DNA from: Vicugna vicugna
Taxonomy: Eukaryota
Assembly (NCBI GenBank): GCA_013265495.1
Contig: MU058384.1
Span: 2,109,690-2,173,689 of the forward strand
Direction: 5' to 3'
DNA: 64,000 nucleotides
Part shown: positions 1 to 14,649 of the stretch, piece by piece
How the letters are laid out: each line of letters begins with the position of its first letter
How positions within the stretch are numbered: position 1 is the stretch's first letter
The notes under the pieces: model-generated
Seen by the model: only the letters and a program-made list of their open reading frames with translations
Told to the model about the DNA's origin: nothing
Databases searched by the model: none
Position numbers and translations under genes: made by a program

Positions 1-117
1 GATTATAAAAGATAAATTCTCAAATTGTTTGTCTAAAAACTTTGTGATCACTGGACACCAAAAACATGACATACATACATGTTATGGTTACCTTTTTCTC
101 AGTGAAAAAAGTCTTAA

Positions 118-255
<138 letters not shown>

Positions 256-1358
256 TAAGTGTGGTATATCATTAGTTGGGTAATGTGGGTTGTTTCAAAT
301 GAGTCTCCAGCAGGTCGATTTTTGAACTTTAAAAAATAAACTATTAGAATAACCTTTTCAACAGTGTTCTCAAAGAACTCAGTATTGCCAGGGGGCAGCT
401 TCTCTCTCACTCTTTAGAGAAGAAATGTGATACCACTACAGTAGTTCCTTAAAATGTGCTAAAATTCTTTAAGCTGTATCAGCTACTTCTTGCCGCTATC
501 ATAATGCTTGGAATAAAAGTTAGTTGGTTCATACATGTTTATGTTTAACCCATTTGGTTTTTAACAAGTTTAGTAAGTCTTGTACCAAGACATGAGCCTA
601 AGAACGTGCTTATTTAGCTCCCATTTAAATATAAACTAAGACTCAGGATAGTTGCTGTGTAGTTGAAATTAGACATTAAAACACAAATTATAATCGCAAA
701 TTACTTTTGAAAGCAATTATAAGATAAGTAAATGTTATTTTTACTGTATATCGATATATTTTTCTAGTTTCTAAATTATGTTGTTTGTAGGGTTTTTAGT
801 AGCATAGAATGCTGTGGTAGGAGACAGGTGGGTAATGCCTAAAACTGAACAATGAAGAGCTAGCAATATATTCATGCTGTTTATATTGTTTAAGGCAATC
901 AATTAAAAGTAGTTGCTTCTGCAGCCAGGAAGTGAAGGGACAGCAGGGTGGGGCTGCTGGTTTTTGTATCAAGCCTTGTAATTACTTTGGATGCATTAAA
1001 ATGCACACATGTATAATTTTGACAACAATACAAACCAAGTTTTTAAAAATTTCAATGACATATATTAACTAAGCCTGTCTTTAACTAAATCCTGTTACTA
1101 AAAATGCATATGGGTTAAAGGTCATTTTTTGGTAACTTTATTTATTGGGGCTGTTTTTCAGCATTCTCGCATAAGAATTCAAAGCATACAGAAAAGTTTA
1201 AAGAATTGTGCCTTGAACACCCATACGCCCACTGTCTAGATTCCCCAGTTAACAGTTTGCTATATTGTTTTAACATACATCTTTCCATCGTGGAATTTTT
1301 TAAATTATTGATTGTTATTTTCTGGGAAAGGATTTCTCTTGCTTTTTTTGACACCTAA

Positions 1359-1601
<243 letters not shown>

Positions 1602-4600
1602 TAAACATAACACTTGATTCATAAAGCAAAATAAGACAGGTATTAAAACTTAGTTTGAGAGCTTAGATGTTGCATCAGGAGCACGTAGACTTGCCATCAG
1701 AATAAGATGTACAGGCTGAACTTTGATTAGTGGTTTGGCTTATTTAGTTAACTTTAAACAAAGAGACAAAGAATAATGCCACTATTTCTCTTTACACATA
1801 TAACTTGCAGAGATCCAAAGAGCATTTCACAGTGTCTGGTTATTTTGCTACCCTTTAATTGTATTATAGATTATATGAAGTGGGTAAAGTATCTTGTCTT
1901 CATTATCAGCATTTTTCCATTTAATGCATCTTAATTTGTTGAAGGGAATGCCCGGTTTATCATTAGATCTTTGCAGTCTATAAGCATTTTCTTTTTAAAA
2001 AATCAAGCTTTTTTCTTCAGACTCTAAAGAAATCTGGAAAGTTTGTGTTTGTAGATAATGCTTTTTTGTATGTTATAAGAATACTTTTGTAAATACTCGT
2101 ATTTACTAGTAGCTTTCTTTGAAAGGAAACAAGAATGTAAGGGGTAAAAATGAGTATTTTTCTTCAATTCTCAATGAGTAAAAAAAATCGAATGTTAAAT
2201 TCTTAGTGAGTCTAATTAAAACTGAATTACTGTTTTCAATTTTCCTATCTAAATTCTCTTTTGTATTTTATGATGGAAAGAATTTTACACTTTTAAAGAG
2301 AGAAGTTTGAATTTGACTTTCAAAGGGGCAACGTCTGTTTAACTCAGAAATGCAAATGGATCTGACTTTATTAACTAAATTATACAGAAGGAACCGTACA
2401 TAAAATCATTACTGTCATGAAGAGAACAGTCTCCTTCAGGTTCAGAATCTGAGTGTGCTTCTCGTTTTGCTGATTTCTCCTGTGACCTTGGGCAAGTTCT
2501 AACCATGTATTTTTTCCTTCTGTTTCTCCACCTGAAATGTGGATTTGATGCCATTCATAGTTCAAGACTTGAATTATATGCTGGCCTTTTGTCAGCCAAT
2601 AAATAATGGATCAAATAATTTACTGCTGATTTTAGTTTTTTAGAAATACTATCCTATGAGAGCCCTAGGATTTTCCTAATTACTTCAGGTAGTTATTTGG
2701 CATCTGTTAGCGTCTCACTTGAGCTAAAAGCTAAGTATTTTTGTTAGATAATTTTGCTTCAGGGCTCTTTGGTTTACCTAATTAAGAAATAAACAAAAGT
2801 GACTTCTTTGTTTAGCTTATTTGATAGCCAAAAGGGAAGCAATTGTGGTAGCTACAGACTTACCTTGACATATCATTGATTTATAAATTGAGCCTTGTAT
2901 GTAAGATTTTTCTATGACTTTAATTTTTTTTTGACTGATAGCATACTAAAACAAGAAATAAGTCAAGCTTACTCTGCTGTGTGTCATTTTCTAGAGACTT
3001 GTCTGATTTTGTTACCCGTTGTATTCAAATAGGTGAATATGGCTTTTGCATTTTTCTTTCTTTAGTTTAAATAAAATCTGGTTCTTTGTAATCTTGATCT
3101 ACTGATGGAATTTTAAGCCTGATGATTCAAGAAGTTCTTTCTACCTGTTAGATCTGTTTAGCAAAGAGACACTCTGGTTTTTTGCCTAAGTGTATCTGTG
3201 CATTATTGCTCCAACTATAATTTTAAAAATGTCAAAGACTTAAATAGTTTTTTCCAATTCCAACAGAATATTATATGATTTTCCAGTGAAATTTATTGTA
3301 AACGTTTTGACCACACAATATTAGATTAAAATCTGCTTGGTATACTTATAAATTGATAAATTTGGAGTCCTATTTTGAGGTGAGAGAGAACCATTTAATC
3401 TTTTTTCTCTTATCTATCATAAGCCTGAGATTCATGTGACACAAAGTCCTTTGAATATAGAAATTATCATGTGACACTATGGATCAGTCAGTATCCTTAC
3501 AAACCATTTTAAAATAGCTATGTTTTTAGAAGTTCACAGTTAAAAGAGAAATACCCAGTTTCTTTGGCTGACCTGAGAACTTATGATAAATATCCCTTCT
3601 ATGGAGCCTTTGTGACTTACATGCAAAGGTGATTTTTGTCTTCTTTGATCTCTCACAGCATCTCCTACGTGCTGTTCATTATGGCACATGTTACACTGAA
3701 TCCTGTTCCTTTTTTTCCTCTTCGTGGCACAACACTCTGAGCTCCTTAAAAAATAGGAAATATATCATATTCATCATTGTATCCTTGGGACCTAGCACTT
3801 TACCAGGCATGTACCAAGTGCTCAGTAAATAATTATTGAGTGAATTATGCTAAATGTGTACCACTTTAAAAGTAGGATATTTTTCTTAACATATTTCTGT
3901 CTTTGAAAATACAATTGTTTATTATCATGTTTGTGATGTGGGGGCATATTAAAATATTAGCCTTACAAGTATTCTGTATTTATAATTTAAATAATTCTTA
4001 CAGAAAAATGGATGATGAATAGTGGTGACTTGAGTTACAGTTGTTTGAAGTAACAAGCTAAGCTTTCTACAAGCATGCAGACATAGGTGGGGTGTATGGG
4101 TGTTTTCTTCAAAATCATTTGAACAGGTTTATAGGATTAAATACCAAATAAAACAGCACAACTAAGGATCATAGGTAGAAATGCTTATGTGGATCTGAGT
4201 TAAAATATTTAACATTGAACATCACTGAATTTGGCAGCTAGAGTAAATAAAAAAGGAAAACTTGGCTTTTGTCTTAGAAAAGAAAGCATACAAAAATTAA
4301 CTGTGGAAACAGCTTTCTGAAGCTGAATTCAAGAAAAAATGGTCATGTTTTAGTAATGATTATCTTCTATTAAAAAAAAAAAAGATTAAGATGACCTGCT
4401 AGCCTACCACAATACTGTATCTTAAAGGGGAAAAAAAAAAAAAGCATGTTGAGATGTTATACATCTTAAACTCAGTCTCCAAAGAATCTTCTTGGTAGTC
4501 CATTCGCAGTTTTACATATATTTTTGTTGTGATTATTTGATAAATCTCTCTCTCTCTCTCTTAAACTAGATTAGAGGCCTGGGCAGGTAGTAACCAACTC

Positions 4601-7599
4601 GATCTTGTTCATTACATCTCAGCACCTAGCAGGGTGCAAACTGAGTACAGAAGTAGGCGTTCACATTTTTGAAATGACTAAGCAGTTGAACCACTTGTTT
4701 TTTAAAACTGTTTCCTATCTTCACACCACACTGCTCACATAAGCACCTCAGTAGTATCTGGTTGAGATACTCAAAGAGGGAAAGGAACGTGTTCACTGTT
4801 CTTTTTCCTCCTCCACAATCACTGCTTTACACAGTCCATTTGAGCATGTTTCCTTGTTGATGTGGTGCATTGCATAGATACCTAAGCTCCTAGTGGTTAC
4901 TTGTAACATGAATATGTTTAAAAGCCAGAGACTTTTTATTTGTGAATAGTTTGCCAAAAATTGATACTTGAGACTAGCTTGTTGTGAATTAATCACTGCC
5001 AAGAGTTTCTCTTGTGTTCATCTAAAAAATGTGAACATATGAAAGCCTACAGAAATAACACATACAGATACCTGTTTTCATACAAGTAGAATCACACTAT
5101 ACCTCTTGATTTTTTTTTTTTTTTGGTGATGTTGGACATCTCTGCGTTTTGTCACATTTAGAGCTGTCACATTCTTTATCATACAAGGTATTCTGTAATA
5201 TGGATGTGCCTTAATTTAACCAGTTTCTTTTTGATGAAATTTTCAAGTAGTCTCCTGGCTTTGTCTTTTAAATGGTGCTGCAAAAAACGGATACATGAAT
5301 CTTTGTTTTGGAAAATTTACTCTCCAAATGCCTTTAGTTGCAGGGGAAAAAATAATGAAAATAGGCACTAATATTTGTCACTAACTTTATACTTAAGGAA
5401 TTACTTCTCAAGTCCCTCTTCCCGCCCCATACACACATGTGTACATTCTTAACACTGGTGTCATTTCTTTTCAGATAGTCAGGTGTTTGATCTGTTGAAT
5501 CAGTACCATTGCAGATATTGGCAGAGATGCACCATTTAATGAAATTGGACAAAATAATTAGAACTCCTCAAATTCCTGGCAAAGATGTTAACAAACACGG
5601 CTAGCTAATACGCAAAGGAGAAAACCTGTGCAAGAATGACACAATAGGGGCTTTAAAGGATTATAGTTTAGATATCAGCGGATTAATTAAAGTCCTTGGG
5701 AATATTTAATGATACCTTTAATTGTATTTTTGCAGAAATGAGCTTTTTGTCTTTACGATTGTGTTGTGAAAGTCAAAAATGAAGTGAAGGATGTCTGTCT
5801 TGCTCTATTAGGAAGAGAACTCGCTGGAAATAAACAGAACCTTATCTTTTTGCTCAATACTGTATCTTTGTTTACTGTATTTATTTACAGGCTTTCAATA
5901 AATGTTCACTGACTGAATTCATGCTTTTATTAATTTTACCACCAAGTTTTATCCAAAATTTTTAACATCTTTTATTCTTTTTCTTTATACTCATTTTTTG
6001 TGTAAGTTTTCAAGATAAAGCCCCAAATTGTTTTTTCTCTTTATGATATTTTAGTCCTCATTTTAAGTGAATTAACTTTAAATGGGCTTTTTACATCTTT
6101 AAGTATCCTTGGATAATGGAAACCTATATATCTGTAGGTAGTATTCTTTGAAGTATAATAGCTGAGTCAAATAATATTTGCTATAAAATGTTGATCAGTA
6201 TACTGCAAAAAAAAAAGGTCAACAGGTACAGTTCTATTAGTATTGTGGGTAAATGTTTTGTTTCTTTTCAAACTTTGTTGGACATGTTTTTACTTTTTTT
6301 TTTTCAGTCTTTGATTTTCATTTAAAACTGGTCAATTTCTATATAGTCCTTCTTAAGGTTTGCTTACTGAGTAAGTTTCCATTTTGTGGAGTATTGGGGA
6401 GAAGGGGAATTTTAGAAATAGAACATAGTTTTTTTATCCATATAGTATCACTTAACACAAAGCATATCTTAAATTAAGGCTTTAATTTTTTTCTGCATAT
6501 GCATTGCTTATCCCTGTCTTTTAAGTATGAATGAAAAGGATACCATTTATAGTTTTCCTAGAAGACTTAAAATTTATCCAAACCTGTTTGTTTTTTTATT
6601 TTAAATATTTTTTCTTGTAAGAATAATACTCACATCTCAAATAAATAAAAGATGTAGTTACTTTTGCTTTGGTGAAGCTATTAAATGATACTAAAACCTT
6701 GAACTTTCATGATTGAAGAATTCTTTCTAGATTTGTTTTGCTATTTGAAAGGAAAATGGTTTAAACCATAAGACTTTAGGGAATGTATAGATTTCTATCA
6801 GATTAATAACAGCTGGCAGTCATTTTTGAAACAATTTTTTAGTATACTGAGTGCAATACTAAGAAAATAAGAGAAATTTGGGATGGGTAGATTATAAATC
6901 TAAAATAAAACAAGCTTTTTAAGGAAGAGGTTGTTCAGCAGATACACTGAACTGAACTGTATCTATGAACTTTCAGAGTCTTTAGAGGCTTGAGGGATGA
7001 AAACTACTGACAGTGTTTTTATTTTCTACTGCAATCCTGAAAATAAGGTTTGCACTTCTAATATTATCATTACTAACTTTTAAATGTAGGTTGACAGTAC
7101 ATTAGTATGATCACACTGGCTTGTGTCTTCCAGTGTGTCTTTTATACATGGAAATACTTTTTGCATAAAAGCCCTTTTGGCATTGACTTTAACAAATAAT
7201 TTAGGCTCATGCTCTTCTTTTTCAGCCCTGATGCTCTGATGATGTCAGGGGCAGAGCAGAACCCTCAGGAGGGAGGCAGGGTTGACACAGTGTTCCAGCA
7301 GGAGGCTAGGTTGGAACACTGCATCAGGTAAGAGTAAAACTACACCCCTGCCTCCATAAGGATACAGTCTTAAAGACTAATTTTTGTGGGCGGGCATGAA
7401 GCTCTTTGTTGGAGTATTTATACAGAGCCAAGTTCAAGGAGGTGCAGTTTATTTACAGACTAATGCCTCCCCTCAGGCTCGTGACTGTTAGTTTCTAGAA
7501 CATAGGTAATTTGCTCTTTTTCTATGGCAGTTTGTTGTTCTGTGTAGGAAGTAGGAAAGAAGGAAGTTATTCCAGAGATAATTTTTGGATTTTCTATGA

Positions 7600-8572
7600 T
7601 GGTGATTTTTTTAAAACTTTTTAGTCTTAGGACTCCTTTTACATTCTTAAAAATTTTTGTGAACCTTCAACAGCCTTTGTTATGTAATTTAGATCTATCA
7701 ATAGTTACCCTATTAGAAATTAAAATTGATAATTTTTTTAAAATAGTCATTACTTTATTTTAAAATAACAGTAATAAACCCCTTACATAATAGCATAGGT
7801 ATTTTTAGGAAAAAACTGTTTTCTCCAAAATAAAAAATCTCTGAAGAGTGGCATTGTTTTCCATTTTTGCAAATCTCTTTACTATCTGGTTGAATAGATG
7901 ACAGCCAGATTCTCATCCAGCTGCATTCTGCATTCATTCTGATGGGTGTGTTACTGTATTTGAGGTACATCGGGGTCAGCACACTAAGCCCTGAGGCCAG
8001 ATCCAGCCTGCTGTTTTTGTATAGCAAACAGTGGCTTTTTTTTTTTTAATCATTGGTGGGGAAAAAGAATATAATATTTTATCACACATGAAAATTATGT
8101 GAAATTCAAATTTCAGCATCATAAATAAAATTTTATTGGAACACAGCCAAGCCCATTCCTTTTTGAAATACTTACAGCTGCTTTTGCCCCACAAGCAGCA
8201 GGGTTGAATAGTTGCAAAATGTGTTGCCAGGGGTAAAATTTAATAAAATTAATAATTTTTACCGCTTAATTGTGAACATTCTTCAGTGAAATTGCCATGC
8301 ATGTTTTTGATTGATTTATTCTCACTTGCTTTAACTGGAATGTGTGGCGGTGAGTAATACAGTGACTACTAGTATATTTAGGTGCCACTGCCTTGGTTCC
8401 TGCCAATAAGCTAGCAGTTTTACCCACCATTCCTTTTGCGCCATCAGTGTAAATGCCAACACAGGGAAAAAAGCATTATTACTATTACAAAAATTATTTT
8501 GACCTTTCAGACCCGCTGACAGAGTCGTGGCAGTTCCCTAGAGTCCTTGGTTCGCAGTTTAAGAACTGCTAC
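7600..8572 (-). mobile_element. hAT/Charlie1-family DNA transposon remnant with a nested MER58 element
   Basis: Reverse complement of recalled Charlie1 segments (gagtggcattgttttccatttttgcaaatctcttta; end tttaagaactgct); boundaries approximate. Confidence 0.7.
7971..8230 (+). mobile_element. MER58-like hAT MITE
   Basis: ggggtcagca...ggccagatccagcc...ttattggaacacagcca motif typical of MER58. Confidence 0.7.
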
Positions 8573-9832
8573 TCTGGGCAAATAACTGTAGTGAAATGAT
8601 TATGAAATGTAATTGTTTGAGTGAATTAACATTTCAGTTCTCCAGCCTCAAGGGGCTGGACTCAGTACAGCTTTGTACCAGTGAATCAGAGAAGTACCCA
8701 GAATCCATCCCAAACCATAACTGCCCTGCACTGGGGAGGGTGTGTACAGGCTGGCCTTAAATTTGTTAGTAGAAGACTGACATGAGAACAGAGGTCTAGA
8801 CTGTCAATCAGAGCCCCAGGTTGCTATAAGGTGACATTTGAAACTTAAGTAATATAGTATGACTTTTAAATAGATTCTTTTGAAAATTAGACATCCTATA
8901 GTTAATACTATTTTTATTCTATTTCTCTTTTCTTTAATACTGCTTCGGGGGAATCTGTTAAACACACTTCTTCATTCATCATCCTTCTGACAGTTTCACT
9001 TCCAGTAAACTGTCAAATCTATAGCCATTATCCTCCTTTCCTTAACTCCTTTCCCTTTGTTACCATAGGGGAAAAAGTCCATGATTTTTGTTCACACTGA
9101 AAACTACAAGTTATCCCCATGAGGAATTTGCTGCTACTATTTATCATAAGTAATTTTTAATTGGTTTTATTCCAAGAACTTTGAGATAAGAGGTATTCAT
9201 AAAATGTTATCTGAAGCATTTCTGCCTTTTATTGTTTCTTTACCACTCTTGACACTTTTATTGAATAAGGAGTAGAATTAAGAAATAGCAAATAATACCT
9301 GATCTTAGAAAACAGAAATTTATCAAAATACGATGCTGGACCACAAATTAGAACTTGCGGTGTGATCTGACTATAAAGAAGTAATGTCAGGCTGAGTAAA
9401 AGGGAAGTATTTTAAGATGGACATGTAGCAATAGGATAAAGAAAAATTCTGAGAATTTTTCAAAATATCAAGTTAATTTTAGTTTTAGGAAAATACCAGT
9501 CAAGGAGAACAAGTTTAAATGAAAAAGAACACAAAAAGTAACTCATTCAATAAATATTTGAGTGCCTAGTATGTATTAGGTCCTATTTTAGGCACTAAAA
9601 TGTAAAGGATTTACTTATGAATATATTGGAAGGTTAAAGCCTATGTATTGCTAAGTTATTATATGGCTGTCTATATAGGAATCTGAAGTATAGTACTAAC
9701 AATTAATGGCAAATGTCCTTCTTTCTGATGGAGAAACTCAGGCATGCTATTTTATTTATTCAACTTGCCCATGGTCAAACAATGAGATAATGAGAGATAT
9801 TAGAATCATATAGGGGGTAATTAGAATCATAT

Positions 9833-9943
9833 TGGGGTAATTAGGTTTATTTATTTATATCTATTTACTTATTTTTAACAGAAGTACTGGGGATTGAACC
9901 CAGGACCTCGTGCATGCTAAGCACGCACTCTGCCCTCCCCACC
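9833..9943 (-). mobile_element. tRNA-derived SINE (camelid vic-1-like), internally deleted
   Basis: Antisense B-box ggggattgaacccagg, (ttta)n tail ending ggggtaattagg; flanking TSD-like tagaatcaYat. Confidence 0.75.
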
Positions 9944-10909
9944 TAGAATCACATTTTTGATTCAGATTCTAAACAGGTTACTCCCCATTAATTAGGCAAT
10001 TAATATGATTTTCATAATAAGACTATATTCAAAGCCGTGCAAAACTTTGGAAGATTGGATTGGGAGTGTAGTTACCACTGAAATTCCTTCTGTTTTTAAA
10101 TTACAATTTAAGAGAGAGTTTAAATGAGACCTTAACTAATTAAAAGTAAAATATGATACCACATAAAGCTTTAAAAGCTACTTTGAAGTCGTGTCATGGA
10201 TTTGCAGCTCTCTCAGTTAAGTCCGTAAATGGTAGTGAACATAACGGTGAAAGTGTGCCTTGTGTGGGCTCAGTGACTTGGCTTTTTGCCCGTTCCTGGG
10301 CTGCCTCTCCTTTACCGTATGCCTTGCAAATATATGCTGCTTCTTGGAAACAAAGAAGACTTTTTAGAAGAAATACGAGTAAATTAGTATAAATCAGCAG
10401 TTCCCAGAGTATATGCCAAGAAAATATTGAGGGATTTTTTAATCTGATAAAAATGGTTTTTGTTTGGGAAGAACTGATTTAAATAGTTTATTTGCTCTGG
10501 GACATTACAAGTCTTTGATATACCAGTATGCATGGGAGCACTCCAACAGGGAATTATAGCATCCACATATTTATTGGAAGGGAAAACCTAATTTTGAAAA
10601 ATACCTTACTAATATTCCGTGGAATACACTTTGGGAACTGGTACAAATCCATCCCTATTAGAAAAAGATCGAAAGCATGTGCCCTACTGCATTGTATGTA
10701 CAACACTCTTTTTCTGTTTATTTCTAACTAGATTTTATTTTTATGGAAAACTGATATCAGGTAGATAGTAAGTCGTAGGAGTAAGTATTCCCTGTCTATC
10801 TGGTTGTTAGAATATAACTACCTGTGAAAATCTTCTATTAGATTTCTTTTTTTAATGAGTAAGTATTCCTAAAGTAAAATATATTTATAGAGAATTTCTC
10901 TATTTTTAA

Positions 10910-11065
<156 letters not shown>

Positions 11066-12714
11066 TAACATTAACTTTTTTAAGGTAAGAAGTTTCAAGC
11101 AGAGAAATTTTAGCATATAGTTCTTGCAGCATGCATGCCTGGTTGAGGGACCATATCAAATGTGATTATGGTAGATGTTTGTAATGCTGTAACTCTTGGA
11201 GGTTTTCAAAGTACTTCTTCGTGTATCATGTAGTTTCCACCACTCCTCCCTACTAAAACCCTGTGAGTTAGAGGGGGCAGATGCGTGAACTTACCAGTCA
11301 AAAGGATGAATGTCTTGGACAAATATCTCATAGCCAGAAAGGGCCAAAGGCTGAGATTTGAACACAGATCCTTTGACATTCAGTCATCTAGCACACTCAC
11401 TGTATCACACTGCCTTCTCATCCCTGTAAACGAGGCCTGGGATGACACATTTGTAATATTAGTATTGGAAATGATATGAGAAGCCAGTAAACCAACCTAG
11501 CACACGAAAAAAGTATTTTCTACAGCCCAGGCTATTCATAATAATTTATTTTATTTATTATAAAATGGAATGATTTAACTCTATTAAATGCAGTGGTTAA
11601 AGACCACTTTATATAAAGACTACGTTATACGAGACTAAGCACAGCATGCAAAACAGAATTTGAGACAAACGCATTCCCCCTCCCTCCACTACTTTGCAAC
11701 TCCATTATATAAAACAATAAAAGTAGAGCCACTGTGATTAGAGTAAGGGAAGTGGTCCTGCCTCCCCAAATCACCCCTAAGGGCCTTCTGTAAACCTCAG
11801 TGATCTGTAGAACTCCAGTTGAAAACCACTGCTCAGCCTGTTAGAGCAGTTTTCCTTGTGAACAAGTTACTTTCTTTTTCTTAGAGTTCTTTTGTATCAC
11901 AGATAGTGCTACAAATGTAAATGTTGACTTTCAGGGAAAAACTCAGCTCTGTGCTTTCCATGTCTTTTAAAGCTGGAAAAGGACAGGGCTTAGGAGACAC
12001 TAGTTAATTTTGGACAGTGCAAAACAGAGAAGTAACTGGCGAGTTTAAAGTACTTGCTGCTGCTTTATGACATAATCACAGGTACCTTATATAGACATTA
12101 TAACATACCATCCGTCATGCTGTCGGATATAAAACCGTTCATAATAAGTGTTTTTCTGTAGGGAAGATACATGCCTTGAAAGAATTTACTAGTAGAAAGT
12201 AGTAGAGAATAAGGTCAGTGTTCTTGAAACCACTGTTTTTACTGCATTTATTCATTTCTGTCACTTTTAAAAAGCAGTATCAGATTAAAAGACTATTTTT
12301 ATTGATAGCAGTTTATAAATAAAAGCAACTCGTTCGTCTCAATTCTAAAGCCCATCTTCTAAATGAAATCACATGTGATCATTAAAGACTAGGAATGGAA
12401 ATCCCTTTCAAATCTGATTTAAGCAGTTGCATTTTCCTTAAATATTCCTAGCAAGTTTCATTTTGTAGTATTTGCTAATAAAGGACATGGATGTCATAAT
12501 TTTTTTTTTTTACTGTGTGGGAAGTCAGTGTTACTAAAACTAACATTGAATTTTGACATATTTTAATATTTATTTATAAAAATCTACTTAGAATATGAAA
12601 TTTGTATTTAAATTCTCTACCTCAAAGCACTAATACTTTTTCAGCAGATGTTTATTCAGCACTTGCAAATATGGATGAGGCACTGTAGGGGCTAACAATA
12701 ACAATATCACTAAT

Positions 12715-12935
12715 AATAATAGCTAACACTTAATTGAGTGCTTTTGATGTGCCAGTTCTGTCCAAAAAGCTCTTTACGTACATTAACTCTTCATATCCTC
12801 ATGGCAATACTATGACATAGGTATTACTAAGCTAATGTTACAGATGGTGAAATTGGAACACAGCAAGTTTAGGTGACTTGCCTAAGGGTGCACAGCGCAA
12901 CTAGGATTTTAGTAGTCTCGTTCCTTAACCCTTAC
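12715..12935 (-). mobile_element. MIR SINE
   Basis: aataatagctaacacttaattgagtgc...acagatggtgaaattgg...gtgacttgcctaagg core. Confidence 0.75.
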
Positions 12936-14517
12936 ACCAAAGTTACAAAGATAAAGAGTATTTCTCTGCTCTCCATGTAGCTTACATACAGTCTTGTAAA
13001 ACCAAGTAAAATCTCATTCATGCCACCAAATAAGTAAATAAATATCTTCTTTTTTGGAAAAAAATATTCTCCATCTAAACTTTCCTCCATAGTTAGATAA
13101 TTAGGATTTTAAAAATTCCTTCTGTACATATGCAACAATAATTATTGAAGAAACTAATTACATTAATAAATATTGGTAAGTCACTTTCCTGAAGTGATGT
13201 CCCATGATAAAAGTGGATTATTGTGCATTTTCCATGTTCAGGAAACACTTTGAATGTATCACTATTTCTTAGTATATCTTAATTTTCACGATTTTAAAAC
13301 TAATGTAGGGAAAGCTGTTGAATGATTGCATTGGCCAATTTCATAGATAATTTTTTATCGATGTGTTCATTTGCTGATATTTAATTTCTACCTGCCATTT
13401 CAAATTGAATATCACTATTTGAAATAGTAAGTCGAACTTTGAAGCATAAAAATGTGTACTTTCCCAAGCTGAATTATAAAAAGAGGATTTTGGTCAATGG
13501 AGTAGATGTGTCTGTGTGTAAACATCCGTGTGTATATATTGTATATGTGCAGATGTTTTTCCTTCTTCAGAGTATAACTGATAATTCTTAAGAATCAAAT
13601 TATGATGATAATTTTAATACAATTCTGATATAAAAATTCTGTACTATTTATTACTAAGATTTTCAAATGGAATTTACTAAAATTAATAATCACTTGTCAC
13701 TCCACCTAGATTGAGGTATGATATTTGTGTACCTCTTTTAGAAGAGTAGTATTTCATATCAAAATATGTATTCTATATATAACACATACTCAGTTGCTTG
13801 ATTTGCTCTCATTTTGGCCGCATTCTGATTTTTCTAGCATGGGGTTGGAGGCGGGTGCCTGATTGGCAGTTCTGTCTTGTGGTCTGGCATGGCCCTGTTC
13901 GTAATGCTGATTGCAGGGGTTGACTTGCTACAGATTGACATAAGCTCAAACATATATTAATTCCAGAATTCTCTGCATTTTTTCCTCAATTATATTTTAT
14001 TAAATATCTGTACATACGTATAAAATATGTGCACGTACATAGTAGAATCATCTTTCAGGGGTCGCACTGGCAAGTCTCACTGACTTACTTTGTTTTGACC
14101 AAAGCTGGTACTCAAGACTCATTAGCATCACCGAACCAGTGCATTAACGTTTGAATTTTAAAAGAAGGATTTGAAGTTACTCTTTCTCTAGTCAAGACAA
14201 AGCCCTTTATATTTTTATTTTGTCATCATTTATACCACTTAAACTCTTATTCCTTTATTGTGTTTTGAGTTTGAATTCTGTAAGGCTTTGAATCTCTTCC
14301 ATAGAGATTTCAGTAAATTGTTACTGTACATTTGATTGTGAAGCTGCTCACTTTACGTTATAAGATGACCCAGCACAGATAAGTATAAAATGTTTATGGA
14401 AGAAAAGAACTTAGGAATTTTGTCAGGCCTATGAAACACAACTTGCAGTGCAACCTCTGAATTACTTTGCTAAATCTTCTCCAGTGATCTTTTACTCCAT
14501 CTTTCTCATCATGCTGA

Positions 14518-14649
<132 letters not shown>

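Noticed and set aside
385..399. CTCF-like motif ttgccagggggcagc (also near 28616 and 49823)
   Set aside because: Mismatches in core positions; cannot be supported without a PWM scan or ChIP data.
7226..7328. C/D snoRNA interpretation (ctgatga plus terminal stem)
   Set aside because: No D box (CTGA) next to the 3' stem; the exon interpretation fits better.
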